Shown here piece after piece: positions 1 through 9,158 of a stretch of 64,000 nt of DNA; the first letter of the stretch is position 1, and the number at the start of each line of letters is the position of its first letter. The stretch lies in the sequence record SRR31156797_961. The stretch is one strand, 5' to 3'. Position numbers and translations under genes: made by a program. A model generated the notes under the pieces. That model saw only the letters and a program-made list of their open reading frames with translations, ran no database searches and had not been told where the DNA came from.

Positions 1-201
1 CCAGGTGAATTTTGTTTTTCTTTTGGGATCGCTGGCCGGGCTCAGGTAAACATCTGCTCCCTCCTCGATGCAGTTTTTCATGGAGCCTGAGTTGGTGCAG
101 TGTGCCACGACGACCTCACCTGTTTCGAGTTCAACATCAGCGAGAAATCGTTTGTAGCGCCTGATAAGTTTTCCGGGGATAAGTGGTATTGAGAATGTCA
201 T
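1..201 (-). CDS. sfsA: Sugar fermentation stimulation protein SfsA, 5' part (runs off the window start)
   Basis: Not in the ORF track. Manual translation from ATG at 201: [44 protein letters not shown]...RKTKFTW, matching the SfsA N-terminal motifs (RxKRFLADV, AHxxNxGSM). The ATG overlaps the TGA of the upstream gene (ATGA). Confidence 0.9.
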   Translation of the reverse strand, partial: MTFSIPLIPGKLIRRYKRFLADVELETGEVVVAHCTNSGSMKNCIEEGADVYLSPASDPKRKTKFTW

Positions 202-689
202 TTTTTTGGAGAAATACCAATTTTAAGTGAGGCCAAGACTGGCAGGGAGTTATATTGTCCCCAATTTTTTTGGATTATATTGGGTCCTACGTCCACCTGA
301 AGAGAAAATCCTTTTTTTCCGATATATTCGTAACCCACAGGAAAATAAAATGCCAATTGTCGTTCCTTCCCCGTAAAGTTGAACTTGAAGATCCGATAGC
401 TACAAACCTGAGTGCCTATATAAAATACCCCTTTTGACTGGGTTCTCTTTTTTAAATATAAATTGGTGCCAATATGTGCATCAACATTAAACCCGATTCC
501 GGTGTTCAGTGATATACGATTTCCAAGAAAAACATTAACATGCACTCCTAAACCCTCAGGCCCCATTATTTGTAGATAAAAGGACGGTCTCCCCCCAAAA
601 TTTATTGAATCATGTTGTGCTTTTAAACAGGTTGAAAACAGCAGGCAAATTGCAAACAGGAATCCCAGAATTTTTTTCGAGGCTTTCAT
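198..689 (-). CDS. Hypothetical exported protein, possibly a small outer-membrane beta-barrel
   Basis: ORF track 198..731. Likelier start is ATG 689 ([19 protein letters not shown]..., signal-peptide-like). Alternating beta-strand pattern. Confidence 0.55.
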   Translation of the reverse strand: MKASKKILGFLFAICLLFSTCLKAQHDSINFGGRPSFYLQIMGPEGLGVHVNVFLGNRISLNTGIGFNVDAHIGTNLYLKKRTQSKGVFYIGTQVCSYRIFKFNFTGKERQLAFYFPVGYEYIGKKGFSLQVDVGPNIIQKNWGQYNSLPVLASLKIGISPKK

Positions 690-1016
690 TTTTATAAACT
701 TTGGACGAAAGTTACAAAAATTAATTTTCAATCGGATAAAATTGTTTATAAAATTGACGCTTCTAGCAATACTTCACTTTTTTTAGTGAGTTACCTTGTT
801 AAAGTACATGTGATATAATTGCATTATATATCATGTGTTTTCCAGGGATCACATGCCAGGGGTTGAGCGCTTTTGCAAAAGTTTTACAAATCTGTTGCAT
901 TTCTCCAGCCATGGCGCGACCAATGCCGGCGACATTGATTGCGCCGGCACAGCAGGTGATTTCTCCTGGCTATAAAAGTTTTCTTAAGCTGGCAGTATTG
1001 CCGCCTTCAATGCCTG

Positions 1017-3629
1017 CTATTTCGAAATAATGATTTTTTGGGTAATCATACCCTGTTTTGATTTGATGGCCAGGATGTATATTCCATTTTCAAGATGTCC
1101 TACCTGCACCGTAATGGTTTGTTCACCTGCCGAAATCTGCCCCAAATTTGATTGGGCTACTTCCTGCATAAGCGTATTAAACACCTTAACCTTAATTTCC
1201 CGGGATTCAATTAAATTCATATCGATGTTCACAGTATATTGAACCGGATTTGGAAATACATTGATAGCGCCGAAAGCATGGTCGCCAATTCCACTAAAGT
1301 AAGCTTCGCTGATCTCGATTTGTGTGCAAAATGTATCTGATATTCCATTGGCACTAAACACGGTAAGGCACACCGTGTATGTCCCGCCCTGTTCGAAGGT
1401 GTGGGAGGGGTTTTGTTCTTCTGACGTGCTGCCGTCACCAAAGTCCCAGAGCCACCCTGTTGGCCATCCTGTTGAAGTATCCCAGAATTGCAGTGTCAAT
1501 GGGCTTGCATTGTCCCATTCCATTTCAAAAGAAGCCGTTAACTCTCCACCACCATTTCCTTCAACTACCACTTCATGGCAAATGGCATGGGCACAACCAT
1601 CTGCAGTGATCATTGAAAGGCACACCTGGTAAACCCCGGGTTCATCAAAAAGGTGCACCGGGCTGTGTTCGTAATAGCCGTTCCCGTCTCCAAACTCCCA
1701 GTAAAATTCTGCCTGTTGTGGTTGCGAGTTGTTGAAAAACTGAATTTGATTTCCTTCCAGTTGTACCCAATCAAATTCAGCCACACAATCACCACCGCCA
1801 CCATTGCCTTCAACAACCACTGCCTCGCAATATACATCCTCACATCCATCATTGTAAACCACCAGGCAGACTTCATAAATGCCCGGTTGTTCGTAACTAT
1901 GCGTAGGATTGGGCTCAAATGCAGTTGTTCCGTCTCCAAACTCCCAATGGTACTGTCCGTTTTCAATCCACGAATAATCCATAAACTGGATTGTTAATGG
2001 TTCGTCAGTTGGCCACCAGGTGTAATAAGCCTCGCATTCTCCACCGCCACCGCCAAATAAAACCTCCTTGTACATCACATCTTCACAATTAAATTCATTG
2101 TTCCAGATGGTAAGGCAAACTATATAATCGCCGGGCTCGGCATAGGTATGTATGGGTTCAAATTCTTCTGATGTTTCTCCGTCACCAAAGTCCCAGAGGT
2201 AATTGCTTTCGGGCGGGAAGGAGAAGTTGAAAAACTGAACTGTGAAATCCTCGTTAACCTCAAACTCAAATTCTGCCATGCATTCGTTTGGCCATTCATC
2301 AACAAAAACTTCAGTGCAGTAATCATCAGCACAGTTTTCACCGTTAATTTCAAGGCATACCGGATAGACGCCCGGCTCGTCATATTGATGAACAGGATTT
2401 TCTTCATCGGAAGTTTGCCCGTCGCCGAAATCCCAAAAGTATTCCAGATCCTCACCACCATAGGATTCATTGAAAAACATGATGGCCATTGGAATATCTG
2501 AAGGTTGCCAGTTAAAATAAGCTTCGCAGTTGGTGTTATTCCCAATAAAAACTTCGGTACAAAAAACATCCTCACAATTCATTTCGTCGTTATAAATGAG
2601 TAGGCAAACCTCGTAAACTCCGGGTTCGGCATATTCATGTACAGGGTTTGGTTCCTCGGATCCCTGGTTATCGCCAAAGTCCCAGACTGTAAAAACATTT
2701 TCAGGGAAGGAGGTATTGAAAAACTGCACATTTAACCCTTCCAGCATCTGCCATTCAAAGGAGGCCATACATTCGAACTGGCCATTGGTTGCTTCAACTT
2801 CCGTACAAAAAGTATCTTCACAACCCTCCCCATATATTTCAAGACAAACCTCGTAAACGCCCGGTTCAACATAATCATGCACGGGATTCATTTCGTTGGA
2901 GGTTTCACCGTCGCCAAATTGCCACACATATTCCAGTTCGCCGCCAAACGACAGGTTGAAAAATGCAATCACCATCGGGTTGTCGGGAGCAGGCCCCCAT
3001 TCAAAAAACGCTTCACAATTGTTGTTGTTTCCAACCCAAACCTCGTGGCAAATCTGGTCCTCACAATTCAAATCATCGCTGTAGATCATCAGGCATACTT
3101 CATATACACCGGCTTCAGCGTAAGCATGTTGTGGATTCGGTTCTGTTGAGGTTACACCGTCGCCAAACTCCCAGATACAGTTGGCATCTTCCGGCATCGA
3201 AGTATTATAAAATTGTATTGTGGTAAATCCGGCAGGTTCCCAAAAGAAGCTGGCCTGGCAATCGGGGTAGGGCTCATCGCAAATGATAAAATTATGCTCA
3301 ATGGCCATCATATTGGGGGAAAAGAAAAACATTTCTGTTATGATTTCACCGTTACAGCTTGTTGTTGAGAGATGGACCTCTCCCTGAGATATATTTTCAG
3401 GCAAAATTATTTCATCAACATAGAATCCTTCCTCGTTGGTAAAAACTTCATTGCTGTATCCCTCCCACATGTTATTGGGTGGAATTTCTATGGAAACCAT
3501 ATAGCCGGGCACCGGATTGGCGTTCGGGTTTTCAAAAACCATCCCGGAAATATGCAGTTCATTTTCGTCAGCAAATAATCCTGCAAAAGGCAGAACCATC
3601 ACAAAAAGCAACATGTAGATTTTTCTCAT
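1017..3629 (-). CDS. T9SS-secreted protein with 8 Cys-rich PKD repeats
   Basis: Signal peptide; eight WxFGDG/N repeats, each with P-x-H-x-Y/F and VCL; C-terminal VFPNP...GIYIL...QKIII T9SS type A sorting domain. Confidence 0.9.
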   Translation of the reverse strand: MRKIYMLLFVMVLPFAGLFADENELHISGMVFENPNANPVPGYMVSIEIPPNNMWEGYSNEVFTNEEGFYVDEIILPENISQGEVHLSTTSCNGEIITEMFFFSPNMMAIEHNFIICDEPYPDCQASFFWEPAGFTTIQFYNTSMPEDANCIWEFGDGVTSTEPNPQHAYAEAGVYEVCLMIYSDDLNCEDQICHEVWVGNNNNCEAFFEWGPAPDNPMVIAFFNLSFGGELEYVWQFGDGETSNEMNPVHDYVEPGVYEVCLEIYGEGCEDTFCTEVEATNGQFECMASFEWQMLEGLNVQFFNTSFPENVFTVWDFGDNQGSEEPNPVHEYAEPGVYEVCLLIYNDEMNCEDVFCTEVFIGNNTNCEAYFNWQPSDIPMAIMFFNESYGGEDLEYFWDFGDGQTSDEENPVHQYDEPGVYPVCLEINGENCADDYCTEVFVDEWPNECMAEFEFEVNEDFTVQFFNFSFPPESNYLWDFGDGETSEEFEPIHTYAEPGDYIVCLTIWNNEFNCEDVMYKEVLFGGGGGECEAYYTWWPTDEPLTIQFMDYSWIENGQYHWEFGDGTTAFEPNPTHSYEQPGIYEVCLVVYNDGCEDVYCEAVVVEGNGGGGDCVAEFDWVQLEGNQIQFFNNSQPQQAEFYWEFGDGNGYYEHSPVHLFDEPGVYQVCLSMITADGCAHAICHEVVVEGNGGGELTASFEMEWDNASPLTLQFWDTSTGWPTGWLWDFGDGSTSEEQNPSHTFEQGGTYTVCLTVFSANGISDTFCTQIEISEAYFSGIGDHAFGAINVFPNPVQYTVNIDMNLIESREIKVKVFNTLMQEVAQSNLGQISAGEQTITVQVGHLENGIYILAIKSKQGMITQKIIISK

Positions 3630-3739
3630 AATGAATTGATTTAGATGTGTGTAGCAAAGTTAAACAATGAGCGTCTTATTTCCAAATGTAAGTTTTATGC
3701 ATACGATGACTCTGCAGTATGAATTGTCTCCTGGTAAGA

Positions 3740-5770
3740 CTACCGGCAGTTTTCCCGGATGCGCTCAGATGCGAGGTTATGTCCCAAATCGAGTGCTTTT
3801 TTCCAGCTTTCACATGCCTGGTTCATCTCACCCAGCATCATATGGCACATGCCCTGGTTGTAAAAGGCGCTTGGATCGTTGGTGATTTGGGCGAACCGGA
3901 CAAAATCGGCAAGTGCATTTTTATAATCTTTGATTTTATAGTAGGCATTGCCGCGGAGCATCAAAGGCTGGTAATATTTGCGATTCATTTTCATGGATTT
4001 GGAAAAATAGCGGATGGCTTCCTCATTTCGTTCCAGCCTGTAATAAGCTTCGCCAACCTTGCCGTAATTTTCATATTTATCCGGTTGCTGCCTGAGGAGC
4101 ATGAGGTATGATTCCAGAACCCCCTCCATATCATTCATTTTTTCATAGATAAGAATGCGTTTTGAGATCACACCGGTTTTGGTTGAATCAATTTCCAGCA
4201 GTGCATCAATATCATCAATTGCAGCATCGAAGTCCTCTTTAAAAATCAATGCCGTAGCCCGGTTATTCAGGGCATTTTCGTAACCCGGCCTGATCTCCAG
4301 CGAACGGTTGGCATCTGCCAGCGCTCCATTATAATCACCAAGCATCCCTTTTGCTGATGCACGGTTGGCAAACGCTTTTGCACTATTTGGATTTAATGAA
4401 ATGCTTTTGTTGTAATCAGCCAGGGCTTTGTCTTTGTTGCCAAATTGCATATGGGTTATTCCCCTGATCAGGTAGGGATGGTGATGATCCGGATTTTTAT
4501 CAACCAGATCGTTGAAAAGTGTAAAACTGTCTTTCCAGTCTTTGTTCCGGTCCCAGGTGAGGTAGGAGAACCCGATACCAAAAAAGGCCAGGATCACGAT
4601 AACTGTAGCCCTGACCTGCATCATTTTCCGGGATTGGTCACGCAGAATGTTGGTGGTGAGTATCGCAAAAATATAGGACAGCCCAATATAGGAAACGTAA
4701 GTGTACCGGTCTGCAGCATAGGCACGTCCTGCCGGGATGAGCTGGAGCACAAACATGATTGGAATAATAAACATGATCAACCCAAGTAAAATGTCCCGTT
4801 TTTTACTGCCGGATTTGAAAACCCCAACAATGATACCTACAATTATGGCAACCAAAATGCCTGATGAAACATAAAATCCTGCAGGCAGTGATTCATTCGA
4901 AATTTCCGGATAATAATAGTAATTCATCAGGTTGAATGGCGCAATGAACTTATACAGGTACATCAGCACAGCGTCACTTACAATAAACGGACGAAATGCC
5001 CAGGCAATGTCGGGCGTGGAGTAGTCGTTTGCGGTGCTTGTAAAATAAATACCCAGCAAACCCATGGCCAGGCTAAGCAGGAAGAAAGGCACTTTTTCCA
5101 GGATCACCTGCCTGCTAAAAAGTTTCCTTCCGCGATACCAGTCGAAAGCAACGAGGAAAAGCGGAAACGAAACCGCCACGGTTTTGGAAAACAACGAAAA
5201 AACAAAAAGGATGATGGTTATGATGAAATAACCCGCCTTTCTTCTGTTCATGTAATTCAGGTAGGTGATCAATCCGGCCAGGTAAAAGAATACATAAACC
5301 ACATCCTTGCGTTCTGAAATCCAGGTAACCGATTCCACATGCATCGGGTGCAATGCAAAAACAAAAGCCACTACCGAAGCCACATAAACACCCGGTTTTA
5401 GTTTCCGGATCAGGATGAAAACGAGCATTGTGTTGAATAGGTGAAAAATCAGGTTTACCACATGATACCCTTGTGGGTTGAGCCCATTCAGTGCATGGTC
5501 TGCCATCAATGTCAGCATGGTGAAGGGCAGGAATAATCCCACATAAGATTTGGTAAAAACCTTTTGGATATTGTCCCAGGTAAATGCCTGGATGTCGGGA
5601 TTGTTGGTTACATAAAGGTCATCGTCGAACTGGTAGATGAAATCATGACTCATGGCACCGGCATACACGATGATGGTCAGCAATAATATGCCACCCAGGA
5701 ACAAATAGGGGTTCACAGCTTTTTTGTCCTGCTGATTTTTTTTCTGCTTTTTTGATTGAGGTTTTGCCAT
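3740..5770 (-). CDS. TMTC-like GT-C glycosyltransferase (multi-TM) with C-terminal TPR repeats
   Basis: Likely start 5770 (MAKPQSK). DD motif (QFDDDLYV) after TM1, HPMHVESVTWISERKD and ADRYTY motifs, many TM helices, then TPR repeats. Confidence 0.8.
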   Translation of the reverse strand: MAKPQSKKQKKNQQDKKAVNPYLFLGGILLLTIIVYAGAMSHDFIYQFDDDLYVTNNPDIQAFTWDNIQKVFTKSYVGLFLPFTMLTLMADHALNGLNPQGYHVVNLIFHLFNTMLVFILIRKLKPGVYVASVVAFVFALHPMHVESVTWISERKDVVYVFFYLAGLITYLNYMNRRKAGYFIITIILFVFSLFSKTVAVSFPLFLVAFDWYRGRKLFSRQVILEKVPFFLLSLAMGLLGIYFTSTANDYSTPDIAWAFRPFIVSDAVLMYLYKFIAPFNLMNYYYYPEISNESLPAGFYVSSGILVAIIVGIIVGVFKSGSKKRDILLGLIMFIIPIMFVLQLIPAGRAYAADRYTYVSYIGLSYIFAILTTNILRDQSRKMMQVRATVIVILAFFGIGFSYLTWDRNKDWKDSFTLFNDLVDKNPDHHHPYLIRGITHMQFGNKDKALADYNKSISLNPNSAKAFANRASAKGMLGDYNGALADANRSLEIRPGYENALNNRATALIFKEDFDAAIDDIDALLEIDSTKTGVISKRILIYEKMNDMEGVLESYLMLLRQQPDKYENYGKVGEAYYRLERNEEAIRYFSKSMKMNRKYYQPLMLRGNAYYKIKDYKNALADFVRFAQITNDPSAFYNQGMCHMMLGEMNQACESWKKALDLGHNLASERIRENCR

Positions 5771-5823
5771 GATGATTCCTGTTATCCGGCGCAAATTTAT
5801 CAGAAATTTGGAATCTGTCCGGC

Positions 5824-6714
5824 ATGTGGTTTTTTCTACATTTGTGTGCTCTAATGCATTTGATTATGAATTTGAATTTTTTACGCAAGTTACCAATCCA
5901 TCCCAAAAAGCGAGCACCTCGAATTATTTCTCTCCTTTGTTTGATGTTGATTTTTACCAGTGTCACCCTGGTTGCACAACAAAGTACTGATAGCAGCAGA
6001 ATAGTCAGGGTGTTAACATTCAATATTTTGCACGGGGCAACTACGCAAGGCGATTTTGATCTGGATGTAATTGCCAGCGTCATCAAAACCGCAAACCCTG
6101 ATCTGGTGGCGTTGCAGGAGGTAGATTTCAAAACCAACAGGTCTAAAAAATATGATTTGGCTACAGAGTTGGGGTGGCGAACTCAAATGATATCTTTATT
6201 TGCCAGAGCCATGTATTACGATAATGGTGAGTATGGCGAGGCCGTTTTATCAAAATATACACTACTGAATTCCAGAAATGTGGCTTTACCGCATCAGGAT
6301 AGCAGTGAACCCCGTGCTGCCCTGGAAGTGACAATTGAGTTGGGTTGGGGGGATACCATTGCTTTTATTGGAACACACCTCGATCATTTGAGAGATGAAA
6401 CAGACAGGGTTGCACAGGCTAAAAAGCTTAATGAAGCTTTTGGATCAAATAAATTTCCAACAATACTAGCCGGGGATCTGAATGCAATCCCGGGGAGTAC
6501 GCCGTTAAATATACTCGAAGAAATCTGGACACCTGCTTTCCGGATGGATCTTTTGGGATTTACATACCCTTCCGACAGTCCGGTCAAAAAAATTGATTAC
6601 ATCATGTATCATCCGGAAAACAGATGGCGTGTTTTGGAAACTGAGGTTATTTGTGATACAATCGCTTCGGATCATTGTGCTTACCTGGTTACCCTTGAGT
6701 TGTTGGCAGAGTGA
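5824..6714 (+). CDS. Endonuclease/exonuclease/phosphatase (EEP) family protein, probably exported (true start may be downstream)
   Basis: TFNI, DLVALQEVD, THL, GDLN, IDYI and SDH motifs. Confidence 0.85.
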   Translation: MWFFLHLCALMHLIMNLNFLRKLPIHPKKRAPRIISLLCLMLIFTSVTLVAQQSTDSSRIVRVLTFNILHGATTQGDFDLDVIASVIKTANPDLVALQEVDFKTNRSKKYDLATELGWRTQMISLFARAMYYDNGEYGEAVLSKYTLLNSRNVALPHQDSSEPRAALEVTIELGWGDTIAFIGTHLDHLRDETDRVAQAKKLNEAFGSNKFPTILAGDLNAIPGSTPLNILEEIWTPAFRMDLLGFTYPSDSPVKKIDYIMYHPENRWRVLETEVICDTIASDHCAYLVTLELLAE

Positions 6715-6844
6715 TGAATTGTATTTTTTAATGTTTTTGATGACTTGTCAAAACCCATTTAGCCAGGTGGCCAATCCGTGTTTTTATCTAATCGTAGTAT
6801 CTTGCAGGCCGAATCTAAAGCATACATAAAAAGACAACATTGTT

Positions 6845-8074
6845 ATGAAACCCGATCTTAAATTCATCCACTCACATTTCCCCGCTTTTTCAGAACCTAC
6901 CCTGCATGGCTGGGCTTTCTTCGAAAACGCAGGAGGCTCTTATCCGTGCACGCAGGTCATTCGGCGGTTAACCGATTTTTATTCGAAAAACAAGGTGCAG
7001 GTCAACTATCCCTATCCGGCTTCTACCTTAGCAGGAAATCTGATGGAAGCTTCCTACCAGCGATTTGCTGATTACCTGAATGTGGAAGCATCAGAGATTC
7101 ATTTCGGGCCTTCCACCACGCAGAATGTGTATGTGCTGGCCAATGCCATGCGGCCCATGTGGAAGGATGGCGACCAAATCATCGTTTCATGTCAGGATCA
7201 TGAAGCCAATGCCGGAGCATGGCGTAAGCTGGCTGAACGTGGCATTAAAGTTATCGAGTGGCATGTGCATCCTGAAACGGGCCTTTTGTCATTAGATGAT
7301 TTAAAAGGCTTGTTTACCGACCAAACCAAAATGGTGGCATTTCCTCATTGTTCCAATGTGATCGGGCATGTGAATCCCGTAAAGGAAATAACCGTGTTGG
7401 CTCATCAGTACGATGCTGTTTCAGTGGTTGACGGGGTTGCCATGGCACCGCACGGATACCCGGATTTAAAAGATCTGGGTGCTGATATTTATCTTTTCTC
7501 TCTGTATAAAACTTTTGGCTCTCATCTGGGGCTGATGTATGTCAGGGAGGATCTGACAGCGAAAATGGAAAACCAATCCCACTTTTTTAAAGAAGGGATT
7601 TTCCGGGCCATGTTAACTCCTGCAGGACCTGACCATCCCCAGATTGCTGCTTCCAGTGGTATCATCGATTATTTTGATGCAGTTTATGCGCATCACTTTA
7701 ACGAAGCAGCATCACCTGCTCAGCGGAACAGGGATTTGAATGTACTGTTTAAATCACAGGAAAAGGTATTGCTGTATCGCCTGATGGCATTTTTGGTTAC
7801 GCGGGATGACCTTCGGATTGTTGGCCCCGCAACTGCCGATGAAAGAGCCCCGACAGTTTCGATTATTCCCTTAAAGAAAAACCTCAAAAAAGTGTATGCC
7901 GGATTAACCAAACATAAACTGATGCTGGGAATGGGGCATTTCTACGCGGTTCGTCCATTCATGGATATGGGCATCCCAACAGAACCCGGTGTTATCAGGA
8001 TTTCGTTTGTACATTACACCAGTGAAGAAGATATTGAACAGTTGATTGAAGGATTAAGGGCTGTCCTTGGATAA
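6845..8074 (+). CDS. Aminotransferase class V / cysteine-desulfurase-like PLP enzyme
   Basis: FENAGGS, DHEAN, VDGV and SLYK (PLP lysine) motifs, RISFVHY. Has GHFYA where true desulfurases have the catalytic Cys loop. Confidence 0.85.
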   Translation: MKPDLKFIHSHFPAFSEPTLHGWAFFENAGGSYPCTQVIRRLTDFYSKNKVQVNYPYPASTLAGNLMEASYQRFADYLNVEASEIHFGPSTTQNVYVLANAMRPMWKDGDQIIVSCQDHEANAGAWRKLAERGIKVIEWHVHPETGLLSLDDLKGLFTDQTKMVAFPHCSNVIGHVNPVKEITVLAHQYDAVSVVDGVAMAPHGYPDLKDLGADIYLFSLYKTFGSHLGLMYVREDLTAKMENQSHFFKEGIFRAMLTPAGPDHPQIAASSGIIDYFDAVYAHHFNEAASPAQRNRDLNVLFKSQEKVLLYRLMAFLVTRDDLRIVGPATADERAPTVSIIPLKKNLKKVYAGLTKHKLMLGMGHFYAVRPFMDMGIPTEPGVIRISFVHYTSEEDIEQLIEGLRAVLG

Positions 8075-8298
8075 TAGAACTGTTAGATACAATCATGGTT
8101 ATAGGTTTACAAGATTTTAGGCCGGAGGTATTGTTCTGATGAGAGGCATCATGTAGATCACTAAATGAATACAACCTATATCTTCGTACTGCTGTGTGCT
8201 CTGTTAAAAATGGAAATCCATTCCTTTACAATAATACTGAGCCTGATCGGATACTTAGTAATTATGTATTTTTACGCCAATAAAACATTTAGTAAGAT

Positions 8299-8769
8299 AT
8301 GAGTGGTGAAGATATCCGGTGGATACAGCGGTTTTCAAATTACAATAAAGCGCTTGATAAACTATCACAGGCCATCGACTTTATTGATGTTGAGCCTGGC
8401 AAGCAAAATCAGGATATGAAAGATAGTGGGATTTTGGAGGAGATTGTCCGGGAAGGATTAATTCAACGTTTTGAATATACCTGGGAACTCGCATGGAACG
8501 TGATGAGAGATTTTGCATTGTTCCAGGGAGATTTATCTGTCACCGGTTCACGAGATGCAATTAAATATGCTTTTCAGGTGGGTTTGATCGAAAATGGTGA
8601 ATTATGGATGGAAATGATAAAGAGCCGTCAAAAAACCTCCCATACATATAATGAAGAAACTGCTCAGGAAATTTATCTTAAGATCATACAGGAATATCAT
8701 GGGGCTTTCATTCAATTTCGAAAAACAATGGAAGGCAAAAGAAACACAGATCAGCAGATAACCTTTTGA
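8299..8769 (+). CDS. HEPN-domain (HI0074-like nucleotidyltransferase substrate-binding) putative toxin
   Basis: GLIQRFEYTWELAW and the Rx4HxY motif (RQKTSHTY); 9 bp upstream of an MNT gene. Confidence 0.85.
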   Translation: MSGEDIRWIQRFSNYNKALDKLSQAIDFIDVEPGKQNQDMKDSGILEEIVREGLIQRFEYTWELAWNVMRDFALFQGDLSVTGSRDAIKYAFQVGLIENGELWMEMIKSRQKTSHTYNEETAQEIYLKIIQEYHGAFIQFRKTMEGKRNTDQQITF

Positions 8770-8778
8770 CAATAAGTC

Positions 8779-9078
8779 ATGTTCGGACTAAAAGAGAGTG
8801 ATATAGAAAGAATTAAGGCCGTATTGGCTGAGAGCCCTGAGGTTGAAAAAGCAATTCTGTATGGTTCAAGGGCGAAAGGTAATTTCAGGGGCGGCTCGGA
8901 TATTGATCTGGCTTTAATAGGCAACCAGCTGACTTTAACCGAACTGATGTCTATTGAAAATAAGCTGGAGGACCTATACCTGCCTTATCACCTCGATTTA
9001 TCAATTTTTCATAAAATTGAAAATACCGACCTGATTGGTCATATTAACCGCTGTGGAAATCTTTTTTATGAAAAGTGA
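8779..9078 (+). CDS. Minimal nucleotidyltransferase (MNT) putative antitoxin
   Basis: LYGSRAKGNFRGGSDIDL matches GSx10DxD; 99 aa. Confidence 0.85.
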   Translation: MFGLKESDIERIKAVLAESPEVEKAILYGSRAKGNFRGGSDIDLALIGNQLTLTELMSIENKLEDLYLPYHLDLSIFHKIENTDLIGHINRCGNLFYEK

Positions 9079-9101
9079 AGCCATCATATCGACTTTATAA
9101 C

Positions 9102-9132
9102 AAAAAGCCGGAGAAAAATTTCCCCGGCTTTT
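9102..9132. terminator. Bidirectional intrinsic terminator
   Basis: AAAAGCCGG-N12-CCGGCTTTT between convergent genes. Confidence 0.75.
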
Positions 9133-9158
9133 GCAATATATGATGGAGAGTGGAGTGC

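Noticed and set aside
833-1030. 65-aa ORF and a GCCGGCG...CGCCGGC hairpin
   Set aside because: No recognisable protein features; the hairpin alone is not enough to call an element.
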